From: Felis catus
Taxonomy: Eukaryota
Direction of reading: 5' to 3'
DNA length: 64,000 nucleotides
NCBI RefSeq assembly: GCF_018350175.1
Contig: NC_058368.1
Coordinates: 112,470,001 to 112,534,000, forward strand
A program made the translations under genes and the position numbers. Under the pieces are notes generated by a model. It saw nothing but the letters and a program-made list of their open reading frames with translations. It did no database searches and was not told where the DNA came from. Numbering within the stretch: the first letter of the stretch is position 1; each line of letters opens with the position of its first letter. Positions 36,226-50,119 of the stretch are shown one piece after another.

Positions 36226-38756
36226 CTGTCTGTAGAGTGAAGACTTATCTGGGCTCCAACCTTAGCTGGAACACTGGCCTGGGAAAAAATAAAGTCTCCA
36301 CAATTAAACAAATGAACACAATCAATGTCTTATAAGATGATGAGAGCAAAGTCTGCAGGAGCCCTGGTTTAGCCTAAGACTTCTCTACCCATTTAAAACA
36401 TTTCTAATGAGCCCGTCCAACTCAAGAGAATAAGAAATGGGACTGTTTTCCCTCTTAATTTGGGGTGTCCCAGATTTCTCCCTTAAGGTAATCAGGGAAA
36501 AATAAAATTACATTACATATGTTTTGCTCTAGAATTCAGTTAGCAAACATTTTAATGTGGGCCTACCATGTAGCACTATGTACCATCCACCACAGCAAAG
36601 AACTTGATAGATGTGTCCCTACCACTTCCCTACATCAGAGATAAATCCTGGGGGGACGAGTCTTCCCGCAGATACTCCATACAGGATATCGTGTCACCTA
36701 GGACTCATGGAAGTATCCCCCCCCCCGGTCCCCTCCTTCCCCAGGAGGAAGTGTCATTTCCCACATCCTGCAAGGCTGGGGGATAGCATGTGGACTCAGT
36801 CTTCTGTGGAGCCTGTTTGCCCCAGACACGCCTTCCCAGCTCCTCTGACTTTCCAGTCACTCCTGCCCTTCCCTTTCCGGCAGCAGTTAGGCAGCTGGGT
36901 GACCCTGGTCCCTCCAGGCACAGGGCCACAGCGCAACGGGAAAGCCAGCTGGGATGGGACTGAGGCGGCCAAGGTCCTGGGCCGGCCCTGGATGAAGGTC
37001 ACAGGTGACACCGTGATAGTGCTGCTGAAATGCTGGCAGAGAGCTTGTCCTTTGAGTAACCCCCTCTTCCTCTGCACCCCTTCGTCTTCCCTGCCACCAC
37101 CAGCCTTCCTCCTCACTAGGGAGGCAACTGCTTGAGGCCCGGCTCTGACACATGATGCTGTTAGGATAATGCCAAACACTAGCCATGGCCTACCAAGCCC
37201 TGGGTTGTCCTGTCCACCTCTCCAGGCCCGTCTGTGTTTACTTTCTCTGTCCAGCACTGGTCTTCCCGCCCTGGGGCCTTCACACTTGCTATTTCCTCCA
37301 CTGCCTTGAAGGCTTTCCCCACCCTCAGCCCCACCCAAACTTCACCTTCGCTCAACTGACTCCTGCTCATCCTCAGATAGAAGCTTAAGCACCTCTGTCA
37401 GGGCAGCGGTCCCTGCCCCCTGGGTCTGTACGCTTACTGGCCCGTCATCCTTTTTCTGCAGTGCGGTCACTTGTCCCTCCTACTAGGTTCTCTCAGTGGC
37501 GTGGGCAAGGACTGGGTCTGTTTCTGCTCAGCCTTGTGTCTGGCATCTGTCACGGAGCCTGCACAGAGCAGACCATTAGTAGAAGTATGACAAATGCTTG
37601 GATGGATAAACGAATCAATGAATGCCTTGCGTGGGGGATGCTACTGTACTGAGCAGATCTCCTGGCCCTCACTTTGTATGCTGGGCTGGGAGCGGCAGAG
37701 CCCAGAAAGCACAGGGGGTCTGCCATGCCCACAGCAAACTTGTCAGGAAAGTGACCCGAGCCACGTCATTCCTGGAGAAATGGGTTTGACTTGTGCCGTG
37801 TGGTTTGAAAGGAAGCAGCCCCTACAGCTCTGGACTCACAGTCCCCGAGATGAGTACTGACGTCCCTGCCAAATTGCAAATGAGCTGCCGTGAGAGGAGC
37901 CAATACGTTGTGAGGAGGCTCGGTATGAAATCTATCCAGTAGAACTCATTTCGGGCGGTGGCAAACTTGGAAGTCTCTCTTGAGAAGTTGAACCACCAGG
38001 AATTCCGGGCAAGTGAGAAAAGAGGAGGAGGGTCACTCTAGGGTTGGCTGAGTCCCCAATCACGCCCCGAGTATTGTTCTAGAAGCCTGCTGGACAACTC
38101 CTTCTTGGTAGCCCTGGGAACAGAATGACTTCCCAGCCAACAAAAGCATGTTTTTACCACCCCACCTTGCCAGATATCCTTGCAATAGGCGTCCTCTGCC
38201 ATTAGGTAGCTCATGTTCATCTGTTTCTTCCAATTTCAGAGAGGAAGAAGAGCCCAAGTGTGAGAATGAGGAATGGGTTTGTCGCTGTGTTTTTGTTCTC
38301 ATTGTGTGTTGTGCTAAAAAAAAAAAAAAAAAAAGAGAGACCTTTTTGGTTCCTCCTTAAGGCTGCAGAGTCCCTAAAGGTAGCTGCTAGAAACCACTCG
38401 GCACACACACACAAAAATGCCCCATGTGGCTGTGGGACTTTAGTTGTCTCTGGCCTCCTAGCAGCTCCAGGTGAAGACCTAGCCTGTTGGTGAATCGGTA
38501 GTCACTTGGAGCCCCAGGCGCTAACTCCTTTACGAACCAATGCAGGCATGGCTGCTTGGCTGTCTGCGTGCCTTTATTTACTCCAGTTCGGTTTTGGCTC
38601 TGCCCACGTCGCAAACACAACAAAGGCGAGCCAGGCCTGAGTAGATCTCTTTCCATGAGGTTGTTTATAGACCTCCAAAATAATTTCCCATCATGTGCTG
38701 ATGAGGTGAGCGGAGAAAGGAAAAAAGCTGTGCAGTTTAAAAAGTTGACCTCAGCC

Positions 38757-39420
38757 GAAAGAGGATCTCTTTTGCGTTGTTGGTGGGAATACAAGCTGGT
38801 GCAGCCACTCTGGAAAACAGTGTGGAGGTTCCTCAAAAAACTAAAAATGGAACTACCCTATGACCCAGCAATTGCACTACTAGGCATTTATCCACAGGAT
38901 ACAGGTGTGCTGTTTCGAAGGGACACATGCACCCCCATGTTTATAGCAGCACTATCCACAATGGCCAAAGTTTGGAAAGAGCCCAAACATCCATCGATGG
39001 GTGAATGGATAAAGAAGATGTGGTATATCTATACAATGGAGTATTACTCGACAATCAAAAAGAATGGAATCTTGCCATTTGCTACTACATGGGTGGAACT
39101 AGAGGGTATTATGCTAAGTGAAATTAGAGAAAGACAAAAATCATATGACTTCACTCATATGAGGACTTTAAGAGACAAAACAGATGAACATAAGGGAAGG
39201 GAAACAGAAATAATATAAAAACAGGGAGGGGGACAAAACAGAAGAGATTCATAATTATGGAGAACAAACTGAGGGTTACTGGAGGCGGTGTGGGAGGGGG
39301 GACGGGCTAAATGGGTAAGGGGCACTACTCCTGGAATCTACTCCTGAAATCATTGTTGCACTGTATGCCAACTAATTTGGATGTAAATTTTAAAAAATAA
39401 AAAATAAAACAAGTTAAAAA
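38757..39420 (+). mobile_element. Young 5'-truncated carnivore/felid L1 (ORF2 C-terminus, 3' UTR, A tail)
   Basis: Open ORF2 peptide [39 protein letters not shown]...MEYYSTIKKN; perfect 18-bp TSD AAAAAGTTGACCTCAGCC (38739-38756, 39421-39438) at a TT/AAAA endonuclease site. Confidence 0.97.
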
Positions 39421-40754
39421 AAAAAGTTGACCTCAGCCAATGCTGATCAAAAGAAGAAAGGGGATGTTTGGGGATCATCTTAATTACGCAGACTCGAGAT
39501 AGAGGATTTACGTCTGTCTTCCTGACTTGACTACCTTCCACGTGAGCAGAGGCCCTGCCTGATTTGCATTGTAAGGCATTCCCAGTGTCTAGCCCAAGGC
39601 CTGACACAGAGCAAGCACTCGATAAATGTGTGTTGAGTGAATAAATGAATCCGATTCCAGTCACAAAGCCAGAGATCGGAATAGAGATCTGACTGAAGAA
39701 ACAGATGGGGGCAGAGTTTCAAGGAAAGAGGTGGGTGTTCTTTTCCACTGACATGTGTCTCTTTAGCCCTGATCTTCGTGAATGAATGGAGGAATGTAAA
39801 GTGTGAACGGATAAATAGGATAATAAATAAATAATGTCTCCTTATCATTCTTGTGCCGGGCTGACAGTAGAGACTCACCCAGCCATCATAAGACAGTCAA
39901 ACAAATATTTTAACCTGTATAAGGTTCTTTCCCGTGGTCCTGAAAACCAGTGGGAGTCCCCAGATGGCTTTTGTTACCACCTCAGAGACATCTCAGCCAG
40001 AAGCCCACTGGAGGTCAGACCTCATATAAATTCTCATTTCTGACAGCAGTCTGGCTGGAGGTTCCTCCCACACCGTCTGTGACACATTTGACGCGGGGGA
40101 CTTTGTTGACTTCTTCGTTTTTGAAATGTTTGAACTCTGGTTTCTAGTGTATAGTGTGATAGTGCTGTTTCAGGAACAGGTTTGTGGAAGCAACACAGAT
40201 AAGAACAGCACCCCTGGTGGGTCTCTGCTGGGGGAATGGTATACCACATGACTTGAGCAGCCAGGGTCGACTTAGAGGAACTTACCTGATTTGATTCATC
40301 AGTTCAAATCACCTTTAATGTGGCACCTTAATAATGCCATCATATTGTAAACGATACATCCACAGAGGCATTAGTCATTACACAAATAGAATTAATAGGT
40401 TTCACTACACTTCAAGATCAACATGTTGGAACAGTAACTCCATTCATCCAGGGCCTTTTGAGCTTGCTCAGGGTCCTTACCTGACTGTTAGAATAAATAT
40501 AAAGTTTTATGGCCTGCTTGTTCTGTGTGACTTCACCATCACCAAATCACACGCATTCAGTTCAGTTCAGAAATGCCAACCGTACGCACTGAAACATTCG
40601 TTCACTCATTCGTTCTCTTACTAACTACTGTTTTTCCAGCTCAGTTTGCCTAGTATTGTGGTTCCCCGACTGTTATCATAGGATTCAAAGGAACCATTTT
40701 GTTGGGGTGCAGACGTTTAGAATATCTCAGTGAGAGTGAGTCAAGAGAGAAGGC

Positions 40755-40896
40755 AGTGTGCATAGTTGGTTAGAGCAGGAGGTTGGGCATCAGATCAGAC
40801 TTACTGGATTTGAATTCTAGTTCCATCACCCACTGTTTGTATACACTCAGGAGCCTATTTCACTTCTCTGGAGTCTCCACTTCCTTATCTGTCAAA
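40755..40896 (+). mobile_element. MIR
   Basis: TAGTTGGTTAGAGCA...TGGATTTGAATTCTAGTTCCATCAC...TTCCTTATCTGTCAAATG. Confidence 0.7.
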
Positions 40897-42559
40897 TGCC
40901 CTTGAAACCCCTCACCCCTCACCATCTCTGCCTAGCGTATCTCTTGTCCTTCTGGTGCTCCTCCCATGGTGCCATGCATCCAAGAAAGATCCTTGAGGTC
41001 CAGGCAGGCTGGGTCAGGAAAGTTGGGACAGGCTGCACAAGGGGACATTCCTACGGACGTTCTGCAAGAGCAAAGGTGTATTGATGGAGTGTGATGGCGG
41101 GTTGGGAGCAGGAAGGAACAGCGAAGAGGCCAGTTCAATGACAGGGGAAAGGAGGGCCGTATCGGGGTTGGTGTGAGAAGATGGAAGAGACTGGGGATAG
41201 AAAACAGAGAATGTGAGATTTTACAGGATGCACAAAGTGAGGAATGGACCCAGTGCACAGAATATTTCAATCAGATTCTGTGATAGCCTCCCATGATTAG
41301 CGAAGCAGTTGCAAACACCAGTTCTTAAAAAAAAGACACCCTCCAAGGTTAGAAACATTTCTGGGTGTTCTACAGCCCAAGCAGGCTGTAGAAATACATG
41401 CATTCACAGCATCCAGATCCTTAAAAGCTTGTGCCTTAGTTTCTCCATTTAAAAAAAAAGATCATTTGTTTTATATGGCACCTCCATTGTGAGGTTACTG
41501 TGACATTTAATGAAAAAATGTAAAGCACATTGCTCTGTACTTAGGACAAAGTACACACTTGATCAATAATAGCTTTATTATACACATGGAAAGGTGTCTG
41601 GCAAGATGTCTTATCAACTTATTTATCACGGCTATCTCTCTTTGTGTGATTTCAAGTAACTTTTACTCTGTTTTTTGCCTCTGCTCTGTAATTTGAATTT
41701 TTCCAATAAACCTGCATTATTTTTATAAAATTGTAAGGCTACTTTTAAAAAAAATCATATTTAGGAATGAAGCATCTCAGGAAATACAGTCTCAAGGGAT
41801 GTAGCTCTTCCTGTAACAACCTTTCCAATGAATGTACTGCATAGTTTAACCCTTTAGTGCTAAACACACCTTTTCCGAAAAGGTGTTTCACATTTGCATA
41901 ATCAAATGGTCTCTTACCTGTGAGAGCTTTTTATAAAACAAAGGGCTCCTCAAAGATATAAAGAGTCCCCTCTCCTGAGTATATTTTGGCTGACACCTTT
42001 GAAATGACAATTTTGATTTTCTAGTTTCTGACTCTTTCATCAAGTGTTCAAGGATCTTGAAGACAGAAAACACATGAACATCCCCCAGGAGACTGTGAGC
42101 TTCAACAGTGAAGTCACCTTGGTAGCCCAGTACTTGGCACACTGGCAAGCACATGGTAGGTATCACACAAATATTTAAGTTGAATGAATAAGAGAATGAA
42201 CAAATGTTACATCTAAGGGCTGCATTTCTGCTTGGGAGACAAGGGGAGTCACACCCTATTCCATATTGAAATTTGATTAAGAACTTTAAAAAATTAAATG
42301 GAAACAAAAGTGATTTTTACTAAAACCAAAAGTGAAGCAGAACATTCAATGGCTCTGTATGGAGGGCCTATAGCAGTCCCGGCACCGATCTAAGTATTGA
42401 GGATTTTGCTGTGAAGAGGAGCTTAACTCCAGCGGGGAATATAGACTTTGATCTGGATGGTCTGAAAGTATATAATGGGGGGAACCAATCTTGACAGGGT
42501 AGAGGGGTTGAGTGGGGCAGAGGTGGCAGGGAAGGCTTTGATAAGAAATTGACCTTTAG

Positions 42560-42774
42560 GGGGTGCCTGGGTGGCTCAGTCGGTTAAGCATCCGACTTCG
42601 GCTCAGGTCATGATCTCACGGTCCGTGGGTTCGAGCCCCGCGTCGGGCTCTGTGCTGACAGCTCAGAGCCTGGAGCCTGCTTCAGATTCTGTGTCTCCCT
42701 CTCTCTCTGACCCTCCCCCGTTCATGCTCTGTCTCTCTCTGTCTAAAAAATAAATAAAACATTTAAAAAAAAAA
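42560..42774 (+). mobile_element. Young Can-SINE (SINEC_Fc)
   Basis: Near-consensus; TSD AAGAAATTGACCTTTAG on both sides; inserted in an L2 remnant. Confidence 0.97.
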
Positions 42775-43649
42775 AAGAAATTGACCTTTAGGCTGAGACC
42801 CAAGGTTGATGAGAAGGAGTGAGACAGATGAGGCGTGGTTGGCAAAGCATTTCTGAACTTTCCAAGGTGAAGAGCGATGGCTTCCTGCTTGCAGAGGGAG
42901 CCATATGTACAAAGCCCTAAGTTGGGGAACAGCTTGTGGCATGTGAGGAACACAAATGAGGCCAGTGTGTGCAAGGCATGTGCAAGAATATTGGCGATGG
43001 CGGGGACCATATTGATCAGGGCAGGGTAGAGAGCTTGAATTTTATCCTAGTTGCAATGGGAAGACTTTGAAGACCTTGAAGAGCTTTAATTCCACAGGGA
43101 TCATAATCTGATTTACATTTTCACCATGTAATAGCTGTTGGGTGGTCAAGGGACTGGAGCAAGGCTGGGTGGGAGCAGAAGAGAGTCCAGAGAGAAATGG
43201 TAGCGACTGGACCTGACTGTCTGTAGATAGTAGACACAGAGAGACATGGAGAGGTTTTAGATCTGGTTTGAAGGTAGGAATGATACGACTTTATACTGAA
43301 TTGGAAGTGGGAGGCGATCCTATTTAACCCTGACTATTTCATCAACACGGCAGCCATTGTCCTTCCTCATCCAGGTACCCACTCTGTCCCCCATTTATGA
43401 TTTTAATTTTCTACCAGGTACTTTTTACCAGATGACATGCTAAATTGTACTTTTGATTTAAAAAAAAAAATACCTGTTTATTCTATTAAGGCTGGGATTT
43501 TTGTCTATGTTGTTTAATGTCTTTTCCCTGGTGCCCAAAATACACTTGATATGTAGTACGTGGTCCGTAAATATTTGTCATATTGTTGAATGAGAGAGGT
43601 AATAAATGAACAAATAAATGAGGATGAGAAGTAGGGGTAAGTGAAGAAT

Positions 43650-44103
43650 GCTTTAGCTGGCTATTGCTGCATAAGAAACAAACCCAGAATCTCAGTGGTG
43701 ATCAAGAGCAAACACTAACTTTTCACTCTTGGGTCCCTGAATCATCATGGATGGCTGTGTATCAGGATGCAGGTCTGGCAAGGTAGGCTCTGGGCTACGG
43801 TTTGGGATCAGCTCTTGTGTATGTGTATTTTCATCATCCTTGGACCGACGGCTACCTGGGGCCTATTTTTCCGATGGTAGATGGAAAAAGTGCCGAATGC
43901 CAAGTCAAACTGTCAAGCACATCTAAAGATTATGTTCATGTCATATCTACTGGCCAAAATCAACATGAAAGGCACAAAGAAGCAAGTATACTCCACGTTC
44001 TCTAGAGAAAGTTAGTGCAAAGTTTTGTGGGAAAAGGTGCAGGTATATAATTCCACAACAGGGAAGGGGTGAAGATTTAGGACAATAATCGAATCTACTA
44101 CAG
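43650..44103 (-). mobile_element. Old MaLR LTR (MLT1 family)
   Basis: TTAGCTGGCTATTGCTGCATAAGAAACAAACCCAGAATCTCAGTGG...TCTACTACA resembles an antisense MLT1 LTR; a further MLT1-like piece probably follows at about 44250-44770. Confidence 0.6.
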
Positions 44104-45019
44104 AAGGCTGCCTGATATTAGCAACTGTGTAAATGGAGTTGCCATTTATTGATGTGGGGGAGATAGGAGTAGGACCAGACTGGGAAGGAAGGATGACAAA
44201 TATCAGGAGTTCAAATGTGTACCTGATAAATCCAGTGAGACTGCCAAGGGCAGAAGTTACAAGCAGTACAAGCCTACCCAGCTAAACAAAAGCAGAATAT
44301 ATAGGCTAATGTAATGGGAAGTCAAAGAAAGATCTTTAGAGCTTCAGGCATAGCCAGATCAAGGGATTTTTGTCATGGTTTCTCCTCTGTATTTCAGCTG
44401 TGCTTCACTCTTTGGGATTCATCGCCAAGTGAATTCCCTCTACTTGGTGGTTAGATGGCCTCTGGCAGCCTCAGACTCAGCCTTAGCTTAGCAGCAACAG
44501 TAAGGAAGATTTCTCTCTCCCAACATCCATACATCAGTCTGAGAGCTAATACGTGTTACTTTGCTTGGGTCATATGTCCACCTATGAACCATTCATGATG
44601 GACTGACTAGTGGGAAACTAGGATAACCCTCCTAGGTCGTATGCCCATCTCTGGGGTGGGGAGTTTGGGACCATGCTTAATATCGAAGAGGAATGGTATC
44701 ACAAAGGAAGCAGGAGAAAGGGGTTTGGGGAGTATGGCAGGCAGACAAAATCCACAATTACTGCAGTGCAGTAGAGACATTAGAAGGGAGTTCAACGGTC
44801 TGGAGTTCATTAGCCAAGTCCAAGATGGAAACAGAAATTTGGGAATAGTCTGCAAAAGAGAGTACCATAGGCTTGAGGGTGAATGAGATCACCTACCATG
44901 GTGAGAAGAGAAGAGGGTCTACTGTTGGGTAAGATGAAGGCACATTTTATGTAACAAATGAATTTAGGACTGTTTTAGAGGTTGCTGGTGTATCTGTGAA
45001 AATACATGCCTTCCATTGC

Positions 45020-45220
45020 AATACTGTTCTAAGTGCCTATGGAGTTTCTATTTATTGAATCTTCATAATAATTCTATTAACTTGATACTACTGCAATTCC
45101 CATTAGGGAATTACAGACGAGGAGACTAAGGCACAGATTGGTTCAGGAACCTGTGCAGAGTCACATAGGGAGTAAGGGAGACAGCTGGTGTTCAAACCCG
45201 GAAGTGTGGCTTCAGAGTTC
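45020..45220 (-). mobile_element. MIR
   Basis: TTACAGACGAGGAGACTAAGGCACAGA...GTCACATAG...TTCAAACCC. Confidence 0.75.
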
Positions 45221-46112
45221 TCCTGACGAAGATTTTACGCAGTTAAAAGGCATTGGAGGGAATGTGAATTTCTGTCTCCTTTCCGTCCCTGCAATTTCAT
45301 AGCATTCCCAGATTTTCACCTGCTGCTCTGCATTTGTGGCAGAATGCACGTGTGGTTTAGCTCATCTGAGACTATGTCTCTGAGGATGAAAATTGAGAAC
45401 GTAGAACTGTGGCGTTCCATCGAGTTAACTTGGAGGGCGTTTGCCGTCAGGAGGAACAGATGCTGTTTAAGTCAGGAAGAAATGAGTGTTCCCTCCAAGC
45501 CCTGCTTTAGAAAGCCTCTTTGTTTTACGACGCTGGGTGCAAGCAACCCTTTTAATTTTGTGTTTTGGATTCCAGCCATAGGAGGCCTTCTTTAATGTAG
45601 CAGATGGCTGGAGACAGGCAAGCCAGGTTCCTACACTCTGCATCAAGCGGTCTTCCCTAGAGAGGAATCTCCCAATTATGTTGCTCTGAAAAAGAGAAGA
45701 GAAGAGAACTTAAAATGGACACATTAAATTTGCACCGCACGTAAAGTCACCGGTGCTTTAAGCATCTGCAAGCATTTGGGGATCAGGCAAGCTTCTGAGA
45801 AGCTGATGAAAACTATGGACTTTTTCGGCAGAAAATGTGTAGGTAGGGATATACACAAAAATGTGCATATTCATTCCAGGGGATGGGGGAGTCACAGAGT
45901 TTCTCACATCCGGTCCCTGAAGCTTCAAGGGGTCTATGACCTGGAGATTCCTGGGCTTTCCGTGAGGCAGTTGTCATTTTTTTTTTTATTTTACTTTTCT
46001 TTTTTTCAGTATATGAAGACCCTCAACATCTGAGTTGTGAAAATAAAGGGTCTGTGGACTATTAAGGAATCATTTCACCACAGAACACTCAAATTTTACT
46101 GGAAAAAAGTCC

Positions 46113-46171
46113 TTTTTAAAAAATATTGATTTATTTTGAGAGCGAGAGAAAGAGCACGAGCACAAACAGGG

Positions 46172-46208
<37 letters not shown>

Positions 46209-46357
46209 GGAGAGAGAGAGAGAGAGAGAGAGAATTTCAAGCAGGATCCCTTCTCAACACAGAGACAGATGTGGGGCTTGATCTCAAGACTGTGGATCAT
46301 GACCTGAGCCGAAATCAAGAGCTAGTTGCTTAACTGACTGAGCCACCCTGGCACCCC
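46113..46357 (-). mobile_element. Can-SINE with internal (TG)n/(TC)n expansion
   Basis: Head on minus strand ending at 46357; near-TSD TGGAAAAAAGTCCTTT / TGGAAAAAATCCTTT. Confidence 0.93.
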
Positions 46358-47228
46358 TGGAAAAAATCCTTTCAAATGTTGAATAAAATCACTTTAGTGT
46401 ATTCTCTGGTTCACACAGAACCTTAGCTCTGTAACGTGAAGTTTATTTGGGAAACTTTGTGTGATGATTTTTTTCTCTCTCGGAATTTTGCACACTGTTT
46501 CTTCGAGATCTCATGCTTCTCGGCACTTTTCTCCACTTAGCTCTGCCTCCTGCACCGTTTCCAGTATGAAGGCTTGGGGGTGGGGCTAGTCTGTCCGTTG
46601 AAGAACATACAGAACTTGGAGAGGAAGCTTTATCATTTCCAGGACACTGTCCAGAGGAGTCACTCAAACTCAGGCATTTCTTCCTCTGAGGTCCACTTGC
46701 CATGACTGTCGGAGGAAGTGAGTGTCTCGGAGGTGGCTATGAGGTGGGACCCTTCGCATCTCTGTGGTCACTCACTGATCCTTTTATGCCGAGTGACTCC
46801 TCGAAACACCATCACGTTCTTCCAATTCTAGTGGGTGTGCGTTGGGCATTTAGGGAGAATCTTCTGAGCTGTAGCAAAGCATGGAAATGACATATTTATT
46901 AAGGATATTGGCACCAAAATCAGTTGGCCTCAATTACCCTTCAGTTAAAAATTAAAAATAGGGAAACACTGAATTAATGATTCCAGTTCTTCATGTTCCA
47001 TATGTGGTCCCCTATTTCCTGAAAATTACTTCCTTTTTGGTTCTGGAAAATTCAAGGTGGGAGTAGGTCATGAACTAAACATTCTGGCTGATCCTTTTCA
47101 CCTAATGAATAATTAAAGCAATTATTTTTATTTATTTATTAGAAAAATTCAAGCAAAGGGCCCATTTTCTCCCTAAACATCAACCCCAATTAAAGAAAAC
47201 CTATCTGGGGCTTAAAACAATACATACA

Positions 47229-47455
47229 GCCGCGCCTGGGTAGCTCAGTCGGTTATGCATCAGAGTCTTGGCTTAGGTCATCGTCTCACGGTTTGTGAGT
47301 TGAAGCCCCTGTCAGGCTCTGTGCTGATAGAGTGGAGACTGCTTGGAATTCTCTCTCCCTCTGTCTCTCTCTCTCTCTGACTCTACCTAACTCGTGTGCT
47401 CTCTCTTTCTCTCTCAAAGTAAATAAATAGATAAACTTTAAAACATGAAAAAAAA
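47229..47455 (+). mobile_element. Can-SINE
   Basis: GCGCCTGGGTAGCTCAGTCGGTTA head, (CT)n body, A tail. Confidence 0.92.
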
Positions 47456-47465
47456 TAATGTATGT

Positions 47466-47662
47466 AGCGACATTTTGGACGGGATAACTCTTGGTAGAAG
47501 GAGGCTGTCCTGTATATCACAGAGAAATTAGCAGCTTCCCTGGCCTCTACCCTGTAGATGCCATTAGCACCACCCTCCTGTATGTGACAGTCATGGTTGT
47601 TTTCAAATATTGTCAAATATTCCCCTGGGATGGGACCGTCGCCTCTGGTTGAGAAGCACTGG
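47466..47662. mobile_element. MER20 (hAT-Charlie MITE)
   Basis: GGCTGTCCTGT...TTAGCAGCTTCCCTGGCCTCTACCCTGTAGATGCCATTAGCACC...GGTTGAGAAGCACTG closely follows the MER20 consensus as I recall it. Confidence 0.8.
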
Positions 47663-48027
47663 CCTAAATTATCCACAAATAGCTTTCTCTGCAAGTATAG
47701 TAAGATTGAAGTTTGAAGCTGCTTTTATCTGCTCTCATGGGGGAATGCTAAATCAGTTTATCTATTGTGATGCCCCATTGAGACTACGTCTATTTGTTCA
47801 GATCATCCCATTCTACATTTGTTTTTAGAATCCATTTGATAGTTAAAAACAGGAACTTCCTTATTCCATTCCTATGGCTCTGGTGTGCCTGTTCATTCCC
47901 CGTTTGATAATCTTTTCAACTATCTAGATATTTAGCGATCTGTCTGATTTTCTATACCCTTTGAGCCTAGGTAATTTCTCAGTCCTTTGAGAGGCATTTT
48001 TGTGCTGTTCAAGTTTCCATTCCTTCT

Positions 48028-48253
48028 TTTTTTTTTTTTTAATTTTTTTTAACATTTATTTATTTTTGAGACAGAGAGAGACAGAGCATGAACGGCGGAG
48101 GGGCAGAGAGAGAGGGAGGCACAGAATTGGAAGCAGGCTCCAGGCTCTGAGCCATCAGCCCAGAGCCTGACGCGGGGCTCGAACTTGCAGACCGCGAGAT
48201 CATGACCTGAGCTGAAGTCGGACACTTAACCCACTGAGCCACCCAGGCGCCCC
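48028..48253 (-). mobile_element. Young Can-SINE (SINEC_Fc)
   Basis: Near-consensus; TSD TCCATTCCTTCT on both sides. Confidence 0.97.
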
Positions 48254-50119
48254 ATCCATTCCTTCTTCTATGGTATCATCTCTTCCCACTTCAGACCTAA
48301 GCTGAGCTCACATAGCAACTTGGAGAGGTTGGAGTCTGGTTGCTGTGATCAGTAGGTGTGTACATGGTTCAGGAAACACAACTGTTGGCTTTAAGATTAC
48401 AAATGTGAGCATTAAAAGGAATCCTGCAATCACAAATTGTTCCTTATATAATGTGCAGTGACTGTAAGATGGCCAACAGTTTGGGGGAGGATTTTACTAG
48501 CTGTTTGAAGTGAGGAATGGCTCTAGTGTACAAAATGTTTAAACCAAATTGTTATGTCTTACAATGTTCAACAAAACACTCTGCAAACATCAGTTCTGAG
48601 GGAAAAAAAAGGCACCCTCCAAGGCAGGGTTATAGGCACTTCTGGGAGTTGTAAAGCCATGCAGGCTCCAGAAATATGTGCCTTCCAAGGGCTGGAAAGT
48701 TCTGAATTGCCAACAAATAATCAGTGAGTGTGACAAAGAGTTAAAGTACACAGACGTTACTTTCACAAAATTTATGGTGTAGTAAAGAGGTTTAAGATGT
48801 AGACCCGAGACTGCAAACCAATGGTCAATAGGACTAAATCAGGACCATGGATTTGTTTTGCTTGGCTTGGAGAGAATTGGCCTCCAGCGTGTCTAAGAAA
48901 GGGAGAAGAAGTGAGAAAGAATGAGAGAAGTGGCTAAGCTTTTAGATAACAGAGATTTTTTTTTTTTTGCATTAAAATCCAGATTTCCAACTGTTTTTGA
49001 AAAATCCGACGATCTGCCAACACTGGCCCTTATTCTGTTTCCCTACAGTGGTGGTCGGCTGGAGTGGAACAGCAGCTGTCCCTTTGATCAGAACAGGCAC
49101 TCTCTGGGTCCCCACCCTGGCCCACTACACTTCCTCACCAGGCCTCTGTCCCATTCGAGATTGGCCACCCCTTATGCAGAGACTTCGGCAACATTTACTT
49201 TGTCTTCTCACCGTGGAAACAAACTGCTGGGGCCCTGAGCAAAATAGCAGCTGCTCATTTGTGTGAGATGATGCTGGCTCAGGCCACAGAGGTGATAATA
49301 GAGGCAGTGAGAAATGGTCAGATTTGGCATATGTTTTGAAGGTAAAGTCAATAAGATTTCATGATGGATTGGATTAGGCTATGAGGGAGAGGATTTGGAA
49401 AGGACTCCAATTTTGATTTTTACTTAGATTAATTTCTTTAAAAAGTAAACCTATGGTGGAGTATTGGAAAACCAGTATTGATCTCTTAAAATAAGAACAT
49501 TTAAAAGTCTTTCTTCACTAGTACTCTTCCACATGGGTGCCCTAGGTAGTGCCATCATCATAGTCTGGTAAATGCTGCCGCTTTGGGGAATTTTGAGGGA
49601 AAGAACAATGAGAAGAGCCCCAATGACTAAGAGACTTAGATTCTTGTCCCAGGAGGCGGATTGGAGAGATGCCAGCCTACTGGTGACCTCTGTGCACCTC
49701 ACTGGCCTCACCTGTCCAGAAGGGCGTGTGTATCCCGAACTACTGGGGTTGATCTCCCAACATGGACGGTCCTACTTCCGGGAACTCCAAGTTCAGGCAC
49801 TCAAAAGGGGTTGGGAAAGTAGAGGCTCCAAGATTTCCAAATGGGAGCTGTTTCAGGGCTGCCTTGAGTAAGAAACTGTTCTCAAGTTTGTTTTGAAGCT
49901 AGTTTTCATAGAAAGATCTAAGTGAAGAGGACTCTCTTCACCTAGATTTATATAGTTACTTTAAAAATCAATGAAAGCAGCAAACTTGTGTCGGAAGATC
50001 TTTTTTTTTTTTTTTTTTTTTAACAGTTTTTGCAGTTGAGAAAATCCGCAATTGTCCCTATCGAGGGCAATAGTTTTATTTTGTTATCTTCTGGGCTGCT
50101 TTGGTGAGTGGAGACTACT

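Noticed and set aside
42560..42650. tRNA-like A and B boxes in SINE heads
   Set aside because: These are Can-SINE promoters followed by a (CT)n body, A tail and TSDs, not tRNA genes
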